Of a stretch of DNA of 64,000 nt, positions 53,359 to 64,000 are shown piece by piece (the stretch's first letter is position 1; each line of letters opens with the position of its first letter). The position numbers were made by a program, and so were the translations under genes. Source of the stretch: Octopus vulgaris. Lineage: Eukaryota. Below the pieces are notes generated by a model. That model ran no database searches, had not been told where the DNA came from, and was given only the letters and a program-made list of their open reading frames with translations. The stretch is taken from assembly GCA_951406725.2 (NCBI GenBank), contig OX597814.1, positions 79,050,001 to 79,114,000 on the forward strand. The letters run 5' to 3'.

Positions 53359-53738
53359 GCAGTATCGCCCGGCGTTGCTCAGGTTTGTAAGGAAATAACT
53401 ATAAAAGCATTTTTAGAGAGTTATAGCCAAAAAATAGCAAAAAAATGGAAAAAAAATGATGGTAAATTTTTTTTGAGAGTTAAAAAGGTGGAGTTGCGTC
53501 CCCTAGACGGTCTGTGGTTTGGGTTTCTGATTCTCGACCCCATGTCGAATTTATCGATTTTTTTCAGAACTGGGGGAACTTTTCAAAATTTTCGCTGCGT
53601 TAGTCTTAAATTATGACATTGGGCTATGCGTGTGTCAAGTTTCATCAAAATCGGTTGAAAGCCGTGGTCAGAGTGAGGGTACGAGAAAACAGACACACAG
53701 AAAACGCACAGACAAACTGCCGTTTATATATAGAGAGA
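53356..53738 (-). mobile_element. Non-autonomous Helitron
   Basis: About 120 bp of 3' end nearly identical to 25268-25395; distinct 5' part beginning A|TCTCTCTATATATAAACGGC. Confidence 0.8.
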
Positions 53739-53973
53739 TATAATGTTCACACACATACAAAGCGATGTATACATTTGTACATAAGTACATAGTTATACAT
53801 CCATATAAAGATGAAAATATATCTATACATATCCAAGCAAATATGTATACACAAATAGATACACACACATATATATATCTATACATATATATAGATACAT
53901 ATACACACACTCCTGAAGATTTCTCTTGAATGAAACAGTACTAGTCCTGTAGAAGCTCCTTCTATATAATAAA

Positions 53974-54004
<31 letters not shown>

Positions 54005-54069
54005 TACATACACACATACAAATACACACAAACATATACACACACACATACATACATACACACATACAT

Positions 54070-54107
<38 letters not shown>

Positions 54108-54122
54108 TTAATTATCTCAAGT

Positions 54123-54284
54123 ATAGGTGCAGAAGTGGTGGTGTGGTAAGTAGCTTACTTACCAACCACATGGTTCCAGGTTTGTTCCCACTGCATGGCA
54201 CCTTGGGCAAGCATCTTCTATTATAGCCTCGGGCCGACCAAAGCCTTGTGAGAGGATTTGATAGATGGAAATTGAAAGAAGCCC

Positions 54285-54347
<63 letters not shown>

Positions 54348-54535
54348 CTTTGTGTGTCTGTGTTTGCCCCCACCACCATTGCTTGACAACCGATGTTGGT
54401 GTATTTATGTCCCTGTAACTTGGCAGTTCAGCAAAAGAGACTGATAGTACTAGGCTTACAAAGAATAAGTCCTAGGGTCCTTGTTTGGTTAAAGGCAGTA
54501 CTGCAGCATGGCTGCAGTCAAATGACTGAAAGAAA
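54123..54535 (+). mobile_element. SINE family A
   Basis: Full-length match. Confidence 0.9.
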
Positions 54536-54747
54536 TTATAGAATATAGCTAGCTCTTAAAGGGATGTCAGCATCCAAGGTCCCCAGTTTTATCCAGTGTA
54601 TCAATGAAATACTAACAGATGCTAGCTTCACATTGATTTGTTTGAGTATATTATTATTTATGTATAAGAAAAAGAAAATGGAGAAATTGACATACAGACA
54701 TCAATTTATTAAAACAAATTCAATTTCAAACAATATTAAACTCATAG

Positions 54748-54842
54748 AACCTACAATTGTTTCCATGTCCAATTAATTCAAATAAGAAAATTTAATTAAT
54801 GATTCATGCTGAGTATAGTTAATTGGACATTTCCTCAGAGTC
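54748..54842 (-). ncRNA. Type I hammerhead ribozyme motif, long stem II
   Basis: GACT-CTGAGGA-A-ATGTCCAATTAA...TTAATTGGACAT-G-GAAA-CAATTG-TA-GGTT. Confidence 0.65.
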
Positions 54843-55124
54843 AGGACTTGATAGAAAAAGGAACTACATCCCAATGTATTGACTGATCATTGGTAGGCTC
54901 AGCATTAAATTAAGATAAATGTGCGCTTGTGCATTCTAATGTATTTAAAAACAAAACCCGCTAAAACATCGTCTAGGCCACCTAATGGTTCCTTTGTTTT
55001 TCAACACGTAACAGTTTCTTTTAAATACATTAGAATGCACAAGCACATATATCTGAATTTAATGCTGAGTCTACCAATGATCAATCAACACATTGGGATG
55101 TAGTTTCTTTTTCTAACAAGTTCT

Positions 55125-55219
55125 GACCCTGACGATATGTTCAATTAACTATATTCAATATGAATCTTTAATTGAATTTTCTTATTTGAATTAACTGGAC
55201 ATGGAAACAATTGTAGGTT
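55125..55219 (+). ncRNA. Type I hammerhead ribozyme motif, long stem II
   Basis: GACC-CTGACGA-T-ATGTTCAATTAA...TTAACTGGACAT-G-GAAA-CAATTG-TA-GGTT; predicted GUA cleavage after 55215. Confidence 0.65.
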
Positions 55220-55413
55220 CTATGAGTTGGATATTGTTCGAAATTGGATTCGTTTGAATAAATTGATGTCTATATGTCAATTTTTCCATTTTCTTTTGCT
55301 CATACATAAATGATGTGTGTGTGTGTGTGTGCGTGCATGTGTGTTACATAAAACGAGACAACAAAGCCAAGGCAGTGTGAAATTTCTAGGACCTTTTATA
55401 AAGAGAAAGGTAG

Positions 55414-55459
55414 TCTTACAGCTGTTTCAGGGATATAAAAGATATCCCATCATCAGAGA
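55414..55459 (-). ncRNA. Minimal type I hammerhead ribozyme motif
   Basis: TCT-CTGATGA-T-GGGATAT-CTTTT-ATATCCC-T-GAAA-CAGCTG-TA-AGA: intact core, palindromic stem III. Confidence 0.75.
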
Positions 55460-55666
55460 TGACATGAGAGAGCTAAATAGAAGGAAATAGTTGAGTTCAA
55501 TATAAGAGGTTATTTTGGAAAGGGAGAGAAATATGAAGTATAAAAGGAAATACTTTTTTTTATTTTTATTCTTATACTACCCTTTATGATTTCTATATCT
55601 CTACTTTTCCAAAATAACTTGTCATATTGAACTCAACTATTTCCTTCTATTTAACTCTCTCATATT

Positions 55667-55714
55667 GTCTCTGATAATGGGATAACTTTTATTTCCCTGA
55701 AACAGCTGTAAAAC
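55667..55714 (+). ncRNA. Hammerhead motif, core-mutated copy (CTGATAA)
   Basis: GTCT-CTGATAA-TGGGATAACTTTTATTTCCCT-GAAA-CAGCTG-TA-AAAC. Confidence 0.55.
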
Positions 55715-55947
55715 TACCATTCTCTTTATAAAAGGTCCTAGAAATTTCAAACTGCCTTGGCTTTCTTGTTTCATTGTATTTAAGATATACATGCTCACAA
55801 ATGACCCATGTTAAACTCCTCACTCATACTTTTATCAAACCAGAAGTCTAACAGTGGTCCTTCTATAGCACATACATAGACTCAACTGTCTTTTCAATAT
55901 TCTCAATACCAAAACCTTTCATATAAATTCATATATATATATATATA

Positions 55948-55983
<36 letters not shown>

Positions 55984-56255
55984 ATATGAAAGAAGGTTTG
56001 AAAATGCAATTTTAAAAATGCTTATTCACTTGAGTGGTTTCACTTTTTTAGAAAAAGATTGTCAAAAGTAAAATGTAAAGCTTTGTATGAGCTTTGTTGT
56101 GTTAAGTACTGGTTATCACAAAAGTATTAAAATAGATATATACATTCTTTGAAAATAATAAGAAAATGTTAAAAACATTTTACAAGAAAGTATTTAAGGA
56201 AACATTTTGAGTTCAATAAAAATCCTGTTTGTTTGGTAGTATATATATATAGTAT

Positions 56256-56636
56256 AGGCGCAGGAGTGGCTGTGTGGTAAGTAGCTTGCTAACCAACCAC
56301 ATGGTTGCGGGTTCAGTCCCACTGCGTGGTATCTTGGGCAAGTGTCTTCTGCTATAGTCCTGGGCCGACCAATGACTTGTGAGTGGATTTGGTAGACGGA
56401 AACTGAAAGAAGCCTGTCGTATATATGTATATATATATATGTGTGTGTGTGCTTGTGTTTGTCCCCCTAGCATTGCTTGACAACCGATGCTGGAGTGTTT
56501 ATGTCCCCGTCACTTAGCGGTTCGGCAAAAGAGACCGATAGAATAAGTACTGGGCTTACAAAGAATAAGTCCCGGGGTCGATTTGCTCGACTAAAGGTGG
56601 TGCTCCAGCATGGCCGCAGTCAAATGACTGAAACAA

Positions 56637-56638
<2 letters not shown>
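56256..56638 (+). mobile_element. SINE family A, best-preserved copy
   Basis: GGCGCAGGAGTGGCTGTGTGGTAAG (A box) ... GGTTCAGTCCC (B box); CpGs retained. Confidence 0.92.
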
Positions 56639-56691
<53 letters not shown>

Positions 56692-56692
<1 letters not shown>

Positions 56693-57126
56693 TGATGTCT
56701 CCCCTATCTCCCCTATATAGGAGCATTGCGGAACGACTAAATGAACATCTGAGACAATATGACAACAAAAAAACAGTCCTCCAAACTCTACCAACATGGT
56801 GGCAACCTGGATCAACTTGACATCCGCATCTTATCCGAGCACCCAAAAGACCCAACACTCAGACAAATATGGGAGTACATCCTTATAAATGAAACTTCCC
56901 CAATACTCTTGTGTGACCCCTCTGTCCAGCATTTGCCATGATAGATCGCTAGCCACTACACATTCTTTATTTTCTCTCCTTATTTCTTTCTGTGTTCCTT
57001 TCTGTGGAAGAGAATAGGCTCGAAATGTTAAAGACTTTTTCCCTTCCCAAGTGTTAAACTAATACATTTGTTTGTTGTCTACACCACCTGTCTTCGTCCT
57101 TTGTTTTTTTTTGTGAATTCTCCCCC
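56692..57126 (+). mobile_element. Penelope-like element 3' fragment (GIY-YIG end plus pLTR-like tail)
   Basis: Plus-strand RSIAERLNEHLRQ...SKLYQH...IRILSEHPKDPTLRQIWEYILI; YIGE(IGE)TS on the opposite strand just upstream; decayed HHR-like GGAAGAGAATAGGCTCGAAATGTTA at 57005-57030. Confidence 0.7.
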
Positions 57127-57193
57127 TATATGTATATATATACATATGTATGTATATATATATATATATATATATGAAAACACACATGCACAT

Positions 57194-57455
57194 ACACACA
57201 TGCTCTCTCTCACTTTCTCCCCATTCTTCACCCTCTTGTACTATGTTATATCCCTCCCCACCACTACACACTCAATGACACTATAAAATGGTCAAATTTT
57301 TCCCCCAAGATCTTAGACACCCCCTGGGAGTAAACATCCTGACATACTACAAAGGAAACCAGCAAAATAATTTTTTTCATCCCTCTCTCCCTTTTCTGCC
57401 TTCCCTTCTTTTTCTCTAACACTATTTTCAGATACAAAAGCACACACACACACAT

Positions 57456-57512
<57 letters not shown>

Positions 57513-57613
57513 CTCTCTCTCACTTTCTCCCCATTCTTCACCCTCTTGTACTATGTTATATCCCTCCCCACCACTACACACTCAATAACACTATAAAATG
57601 GTCAAAATTTTTC
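57194..57613. repeat. Near-identical direct duplication of about 110 bp (57194-57302 / 57504-57613)
   Basis: ACACACATGCTCTCTCTCACTTTCTCCCC...CACTATAAAATGGTCAAA occurs twice, 310 bp apart. Confidence 0.92.
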
Positions 57614-57707
57614 CACAGGAACTTAGTTCCATTTGAAAAATCCACCAGAATGGACGAAAGTGCTAATATATGATATATGATATAAGTTATATGATGTATA
57701 AAAACAC

Positions 57708-58440
57708 AAGGTGTGTAGCATGTGATAATTGCATTGACCATGACAGAGAAAGTTGTCATGGTGATGCCTGCTCAGAGGCCTATGCCAAGTTGCAGAAAGT
57801 GTATGGAGAGGAGTGTATGAGCTGCACACATGTGTACGAGTGGTTCAGATGTTTCCAAGATGGCTGAAAAATTGTTGATAGCGACAAACGTTCTGGGAGA
57901 CCCACAACCAGCAGGACTGAGAAAAACATTGCAGATGTTGGTGCAGCTGTGAAGGGAAATCTTTGAATCACAGTCTGTGAGTTATCAGAGGATGTGCAGA
58001 TTAGTTACAGCTCAGTTCAGTCCATCATCACTGAAGATTTGGGGATGAGATGTGTGTCTGCCAAGTTTGTGCCAAAACTGCTTTTAGCTAACCAAAAAGA
58101 CAATTGGATCTCAGTTGCACAAGATCTGCTTGATTGTTTCCAGATGAAGAAGACTTTTTGGAAACTTTGTGTAGGCCTCTGAGCAGGTATCGCAAAGCTT
58201 TTGGCAAAATTTGATGCAAATTCTCAGCTCAGTTTTTTTCTGTTACACTCATTGCGACAGTCACACACTGCACACCTTCATTCCAAGCACTGTAGCAAAC
58301 AGCAGAAGTGAGTTAGAACGTTAAAATTTAGTGTGTACATACAGCAGAGTTCAAGGTGGATCTCTGCCAAGCGGCTTCATGTTGCACGCTTTAGCTTTGT
58401 TATTATGGCAACAGTCCGGATACTTATTGATCAGATCACG
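57708..58440 (+). mobile_element. Second copy of the rearranged mariner element (left TIR mostly lost)
   Basis: ACSEAYAKLQKVYGEECMSCTHVYEWFRCFQDG and MRCVSAKFVPKLL; right TIR ends GATCAGATCACG|TA. Confidence 0.9.
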
Positions 58441-58501
58441 TATACACACACATATATATGTACATGCATATATATATACAGACATATAGTATGCTTATAT
58501 A

Positions 58502-58577
<76 letters not shown>

Positions 58578-59234
58578 GAAAGCAACTACTCTGTACTTTA
58601 TAATTCCTGAGAGACTTTGAACTTCAAATGAATATTTATAAAAATAAAAATGGCTATTGCTGATCTGGTTGAGGAGTGGAGGGTCCACTATGGGATATGA
58701 GAAAGAGAAAGCTTGTATGAGGGTAAAAATACGTAATCTGAGAATGGTGTGAAGACAATTAATCACGTAAAAAAAAAAAGAAATATAAATTGGAAAATAT
58801 TTAATACAAAAGACACAAAAGAGAAGAAAACAAAGCCAACACAGGATATTCCAGCAATAAATAGAGAATCATGATGCAATTCTCATGAAAAGATTAAATT
58901 TATAAAATATTGAGTGGTGAGTGGGTGTTATTCCAAGTTATCAATGAATGTTGTGACTGAATAACTGTAGTGTTACAATAAAAGATGATAGGTCATGACT
59001 TTCAAACTCTTCAGTTACATTATTTTCATTGACCCAATCAAGCTAAGTTGAAGGTTGGACTTCACAATTGTAATGGGACAACTGAGAAAAGGGCATGTAA
59101 TGTAATTGCCAAAAAGGAAAAGAAAAATAAACCAGCAAAACAAAAAGGAAAAGAATAAAACTATGATCCTCCTCACCACTACCACTGCCACCACCACTAA
59201 CAACAACAACATCATCATCATCATTAACTTCATT

Positions 59235-59545
59235 ACATCATCATCATTCTTTAACATCCGTTTTCCATGCTGGCATGGGTTGCATGATTTTATCAGAGCT
59301 GGTAAGCCAGAGAGCTGCACCAGGTTCCAATCTGATCTGGCTTGGTTTCTACAGCTGGATGCCCTTACTAATGCCAGTCACTTTATATAGTGTGTGCTGG
59401 GTGCTTTTAATGTGGCACCAGCACAAGTGCATTTATGTGATGCTGGCCCAAGTGCACAGAACTCTTGCAGGCCAATCCTCTTCACCAGAGAGGGAGTGGC
59501 TTTAACACTTCTGCTGTAAAGGATGGGTCTTCTTGAGTACTAGTA
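59235..59545 (-). mobile_element. RTE 3'-end fragment
   Basis: TTTAACATCCGTTTTCCATGCTGGCATGGGTTG...GTTTCTACAGCTGGATGCCC. Confidence 0.75.
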
Positions 59546-60180
59546 GACAAATGTGATACCCTACTTATTTGGCTCTACACAAAAAGCAAACAATCTATAG
59601 AAAAGAGAAAAGAACAAAGACACCAACGGGGTGAAAAAAGAATAGGGCAGCAAGAGCTGCAGTGCATTTTGATAACTGATGTCTAGAAGACTTTTTAACT
59701 GAAGCTGAACTTCAACAACAATTTAACAGCATCATTTACTATACTAGCATCCAGAAAATGTCACCAAACAAACATGCATTATCATCATCAATATCCTCAT
59801 CATTTTAATGTTCAGTTTTCTATGTTTGTATGGGTTGGGTAGAATTTCTTGAGGCAAAATTTCTTATCGCTGCATAGTCACCTACTGATACAAACCTTCA
59901 CCTGTTTCCAGATAAGGCAATATTTCCCTATGGCTGGATGTGAATACATGGCAAATTGGAGAAGAAACAAACTGCTTGTATGGTGGTGATAACTGTAAAC
60001 AACTTTACTTGATGTCTGACAATGAGTTAGCTGGACAAAACTTTGACATCACTGTCAACAACATTCTTGTAGAAAAATAATAAATTTATACCAAAAAAGT
60101 ATAGAGTAACCCTCCAGTTTAATGTAAAATTGTTTTTATCACTAAACATAAAAATAAACATTTGTATGTATGTATGTATG

Positions 60181-60240
<60 letters not shown>

Positions 60241-60247
60241 GAATTCT

Positions 60248-60323
<76 letters not shown>

Positions 60324-60371
60324 TTGTGTGTGTATATGCTTTATTTAAAAGCAGCATAAATATCACAAAAA

Positions 60372-60409
60372 CTGTTACTCAGAGTTTCACGTTTCCATTC
60401 GTCGGACAG
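60372..60409 (-). ncRNA. Minimal hammerhead-like motif with U4C core variant
   Basis: CTGT-CCGACGA-ATG-GAAA-CGT-GAAA-CTCTGAG-TA-ACAG: stem I CTGT/ACAG, 3-bp stem II, near-palindromic stem III. Confidence 0.55.
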
Positions 60410-61754
60410 AATGTTAGAATGGAACAGAAATGATGAAATAATCAAACAAAAACAAAATAACTAGTTTAAAGGATACATCTTTGAAAATGGTTTTGTTTCA
60501 TTGGTCCTTTCAACTAACAGTCTTAAGCAAGCAATGAACAAAGTAAATTAGTATAAATTTTTCTTAATGGAAAATCGAAGAAAACTTTAAATTTAAGGAC
60601 AGATTCCAAATACATATGGTAAGTAATCATATACGAAATATAAGTCAATTAACACATTAAAATTAAAAATTTCACACTATATTACATATTTTTTCAGCGG
60701 TATGTACGCATACTAGACCATCTATAATATACATATATACACGAAAAATATACAGATGCATGTACATAGTTATATACATATTTAGACATACATATATAAG
60801 ACATAAATATTTAGATATATACACAAATACACACATGTACGTATAAATTCTCTTGACGTATACATAAACATGTAAGATAAATATATACACATATACATAT
60901 ATGACGCAATACAAGCACACGCATAAAATGTCTTAGAGTATACATATACAGGACAGTTATTACAGACGAGAGAAATAGGAAGTTTACCTTAAGCATAGGG
61001 AAGAGAAAAAGAAACAAAGACGTAAAAACTAGCGAACGAAAGAGAGAAAAAAGTTTTTTAAGGGCTCTAGGAATGTATCCAATAGGAAGAGGAAAGATAG
61101 TTTGAGTAAGGAGAGAAAAGAAAGAGAAATTGATCACAAAATATGTGTAACGAACATACACATAAAATAAAACTAAAAATTACACACACACACACACACA
61201 CATATATATAAATATAAATAAGTATACATTAGCATACAAATACACACACATATATATATATATAATTACGCATATAAATATACTGAAATATGTAGGTAAA
61301 TACATATTCACACAAATATAAGTGTATACATATATGCCCATGTACTATGTACATAAATATAAACGTACACGTATACATATACACAGACGCACAGATACAA
61401 ATACATATGCATGCCTACAATACATGCGTCCACATAAAAACACATCTAGATCCCAACGTATATATACAAACAACTTTTTAAAAGATTACTCAGTGTATAT
61501 AATAATAAAATCGGATAAAAGATATTTGTAAAATTCAGCACTATGCATAGAATTATCTTTAAATATAACAATTAAATAGGTTCGTAAAATAAAACAAAAT
61601 AAAATAAAATAATAAAATTTAAACTTGAAAATAATATATAACAGCCGAAGGCTTTCTTAAAATACATACAATACATGCAATACGAAACAACCATATACTA
61701 CAAAATAAATTCAACAGTGATATTGGAAATCAGTTCAAGAATCAAAAATATATT

Positions 61755-61957
61755 CTATCCATATGGTATTTTATTGGCTGACATTTTAAATTTTGTTGCG
61801 TGCCTGCAGGAATTTAAGAGTTTGCATCTTTGATTCAAAGCTCTATTGTTCTGGAATAAAATATTAAATTTTTCCAAAAGGCATAAATCACATTTGATGG
61901 GCCTTTTATGAGCACCATGCCTGTAAGCTGATGCTTCATTTAAAATTTTCCATGTTA
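61755..61957 (-). mobile_element. Penelope-like GIY-YIG C-terminal relic
   Basis: WKILNEASAY...KCDLCLLEKFNIL...LNQRCKLLNSCRHATKF fits the PLE motif W.IL...C.LCL.EK..I...LN.R.E...CRH..K. Confidence 0.8.
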
Positions 61958-61987
61958 CATATATAAATGTATATATTGATATATGAT

Positions 61988-62122
61988 AGGCTTCTTTCAG
62001 TTTCCATCTACCAAATCCACACACATGGCTTTAGCTGGCTTGGGGTTATAGCAGAAGCCACTAGCGAAAGTGCCATACAATGGAACTAAACCCAGAACCA
62101 TGTGGTTGGGAAGCAAGCTGCT
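61988..62122 (-). mobile_element. SINE family A 5' half
   Basis: GGCTTCTTTCAGTTTCCATCTACCAAATCCAC...ACCATGTGGTTGGGAAGCAAGC. Confidence 0.8.
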
Positions 62123-63164
62123 TAGTGTCATCATACTTCCACCTTACTGCTATGCCTGTGCACATGCATATATACATGTGTGTATACACACACACACACA
62201 TACACATATAAACATACATATATTTTTTTTCTCCATGGCAACTGCAGTGAATTAGCCTTTAGATGTTGAAATATGTCACAAGCATATTTTAACTGACCTA
62301 AAGTTTGTGTGTATGTATGTATGTGTATATATATATATATACATATATATATATAAAATAGAGTTTGTATGTGTGTATGCGTATGTTCCTTATGCATTCC
62401 AAAACCGAGTTGCCAATTTTGACGCATGGGGTATCAAAAGATTCAGTACTATTTCCGCTACCAACTAAACTATATTTTCTTGACAATTCCCATTACAAAA
62501 ATTCAAAATTGTAATCTTTTCTATAACTCAACTGTCATAAGCAATTATACGACGACGATGACGTCACATTTTCTATATGAGTGCGTACCTTAGAAGACAT
62601 CCATCATTATGACACACACCTTCACTCACTCATTCTCTCTCTTACATACACACACACACACGTCCATTTTATATACACGTACATACATCTTATTTTTACA
62701 GAATGATTGAGTGAAATGCAGAATGAGAAAAAGACAGAGACAAGAGAAAGAAACAGAGACAGAAAACAAGCTTCTATAGAAGTTGAAAGACGGATAGTGG
62801 GTGAGAGACAGACAGTGATGTTTCATATCCTATGTATGTTCTATAGTTGAAAGTGAAAAAAAGTCAGCACAAAATTGATACTGTATGTTCTATAGATGAA
62901 GGTGAAAGAAAGTGGTACAAAGAGAGGGGGAAAGCGGGAGAGAACCCCAGAAATGAGGTCGTGTCATACAATTTTGAGGTCATTTTCACTTTTGTACCAT
63001 GTTTCATGCGTGTGTAGAATTAGGCTTTATCTTTCTCTTTCAATTTCTCATAATTTACGGAGACCTTCTGCTGTTAACATATTACAACTTCACTACATTT
63101 CCTTCTTTTGGAATTAAGAAAGGTATGCAAAAATAACTTCCTTTGGCACACACACACACACAGA

Positions 63165-63960
63165 GTTAAAGAAGCTGACAAATGAGGCAACATTGTAATA
63201 CTGAACAAGACACATTACAAGAAAAGGGTCTTAGAGCATATTTCTAAAACAAAAATTAGAAACTGATGTAGATAATCAAAGAACAAAACTGGTAAGTTAA
63301 CAGACAAATTCAAAAGCAATCTACTGAAAAAAAATTGGATTACCTAACTAAATCAAAGGTAAAAGCAAGCAACTTTTGTAGACTACCAAAAATACATAAA
63401 TCTAAAGAAATCCATAACAGTTTAAAGGACTGCCATACACAATATATAAACCATCTGATTTAAAATTGCACCCCAACATCAAATGGTCAACAATTAAACA
63501 ATTTACTGGACAACATATCAAAGCCATTATGCAAATTGCTTCCTAGATTCATCAGAGATATGAACTTCCTAAACCATGTTCCAGGAAGAGTAAATATAGA
63601 GACAACCTTAGTTTCAAAGTGATCAACTTCTACACAAATGACTTCCTTGGGTTACAGTTGGAAGAAGTGGAATTTTGGATAGACAAATACTAACACAGAA
63701 TTGAGGAGAGATTCCAATACAAATTTATGCAAGAAGGATTATGGTTCACACTAGAAGATAACTTCTTTTTTGATAACTAATATCACTTTCAAATAAAATA
63801 GATGGCAATGGGCACAAAAGTTGCAAGCACATGACACATCTATGCCTAATCTGGAATTACGTTTGATCAGCATTCCCAATCTTATTTAAAAGAAAATTGA
63901 AAAAAGATTCCTAAATGACTGCTTTATATTTTGGAACAGAAGTTAAGAAAACCATGCTAG
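63165..63960 (+). mobile_element. Penelope-like reverse transcriptase relic
   Basis: Plus-strand FCRLPKIHKSK, TTLVS..NFYTN, MAMGTKVA and KRFLNDCFIFW correspond to the PLE RT motifs FY.LPKIHK, G.AMG and RY.DD; many stops. Confidence 0.85.
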
Positions 63961-64000
63961 GTTTTGGAACAGAGGTAAAGAAAACCATGCCAAATTAATC

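Larger units (their letters stand above)
54654..55313. mobile_element. Fold-back element 1: about 295-bp inverted arms, 68-bp spacer (probable inverted Penelope pLTR pair)
   Basis: 54654-54950 is the reverse complement of 55019-55313 with scattered substitutions. Confidence 0.85.
55352..55774. mobile_element. Fold-back element 2: about 195-bp inverted arms, about 32-bp spacer
   Basis: 55352-55547 is the reverse complement of 55580-55774; sequence unrelated to fold-back 1. Confidence 0.85.

Noticed and set aside
62559-62566. CRE palindrome TGACGTCA as a promoter element
   Set aside because: A single 8-mer is expected by chance in 64 kb; no supporting TSS evidence.

Overview
AT-rich eukaryotic DNA made almost entirely of repeats. 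The SINE families, (TA)n/(CA)n/(GATA)n microsatellites and overall repeat spectrum look like an Octopus (cephalopod) intron or intergenic region; this is recognition from memory, not a database result. No host protein-coding exon can be supported, and nearly all ORFs in the track come from microsatellites or repeats. Identifiable content: dozens of tRNA-derived SINE copies from about 5 families, some nested with target-site duplications; a young 5'-truncated RTE LINE with a 63-bp tandem array in its 3' UTR; R4/Dong-like and Penelope-like retroelement relics; a decayed hAT (DUF4371/ZMYM1-like) transposon with both TIRs; two rearranged mariner elements; mariner, piggyBac-like and hAT MITEs; and non-autonomous Helitron/Helentron elements. 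The most interesting signal is a set of minimal, Penelope-type hammerhead ribozyme (HHR) motifs (CUGANGA...GAAAC-palindrome-GUH). Several sit in long fold-back elements with one ribozyme per arm pointing outward (54654-55313, 55352-55774, 43939-44077). One forms the tail of a tRNA-headed SINE (47183-47418). Coordinates of old SINEs are approximate (about +/-20 nt).
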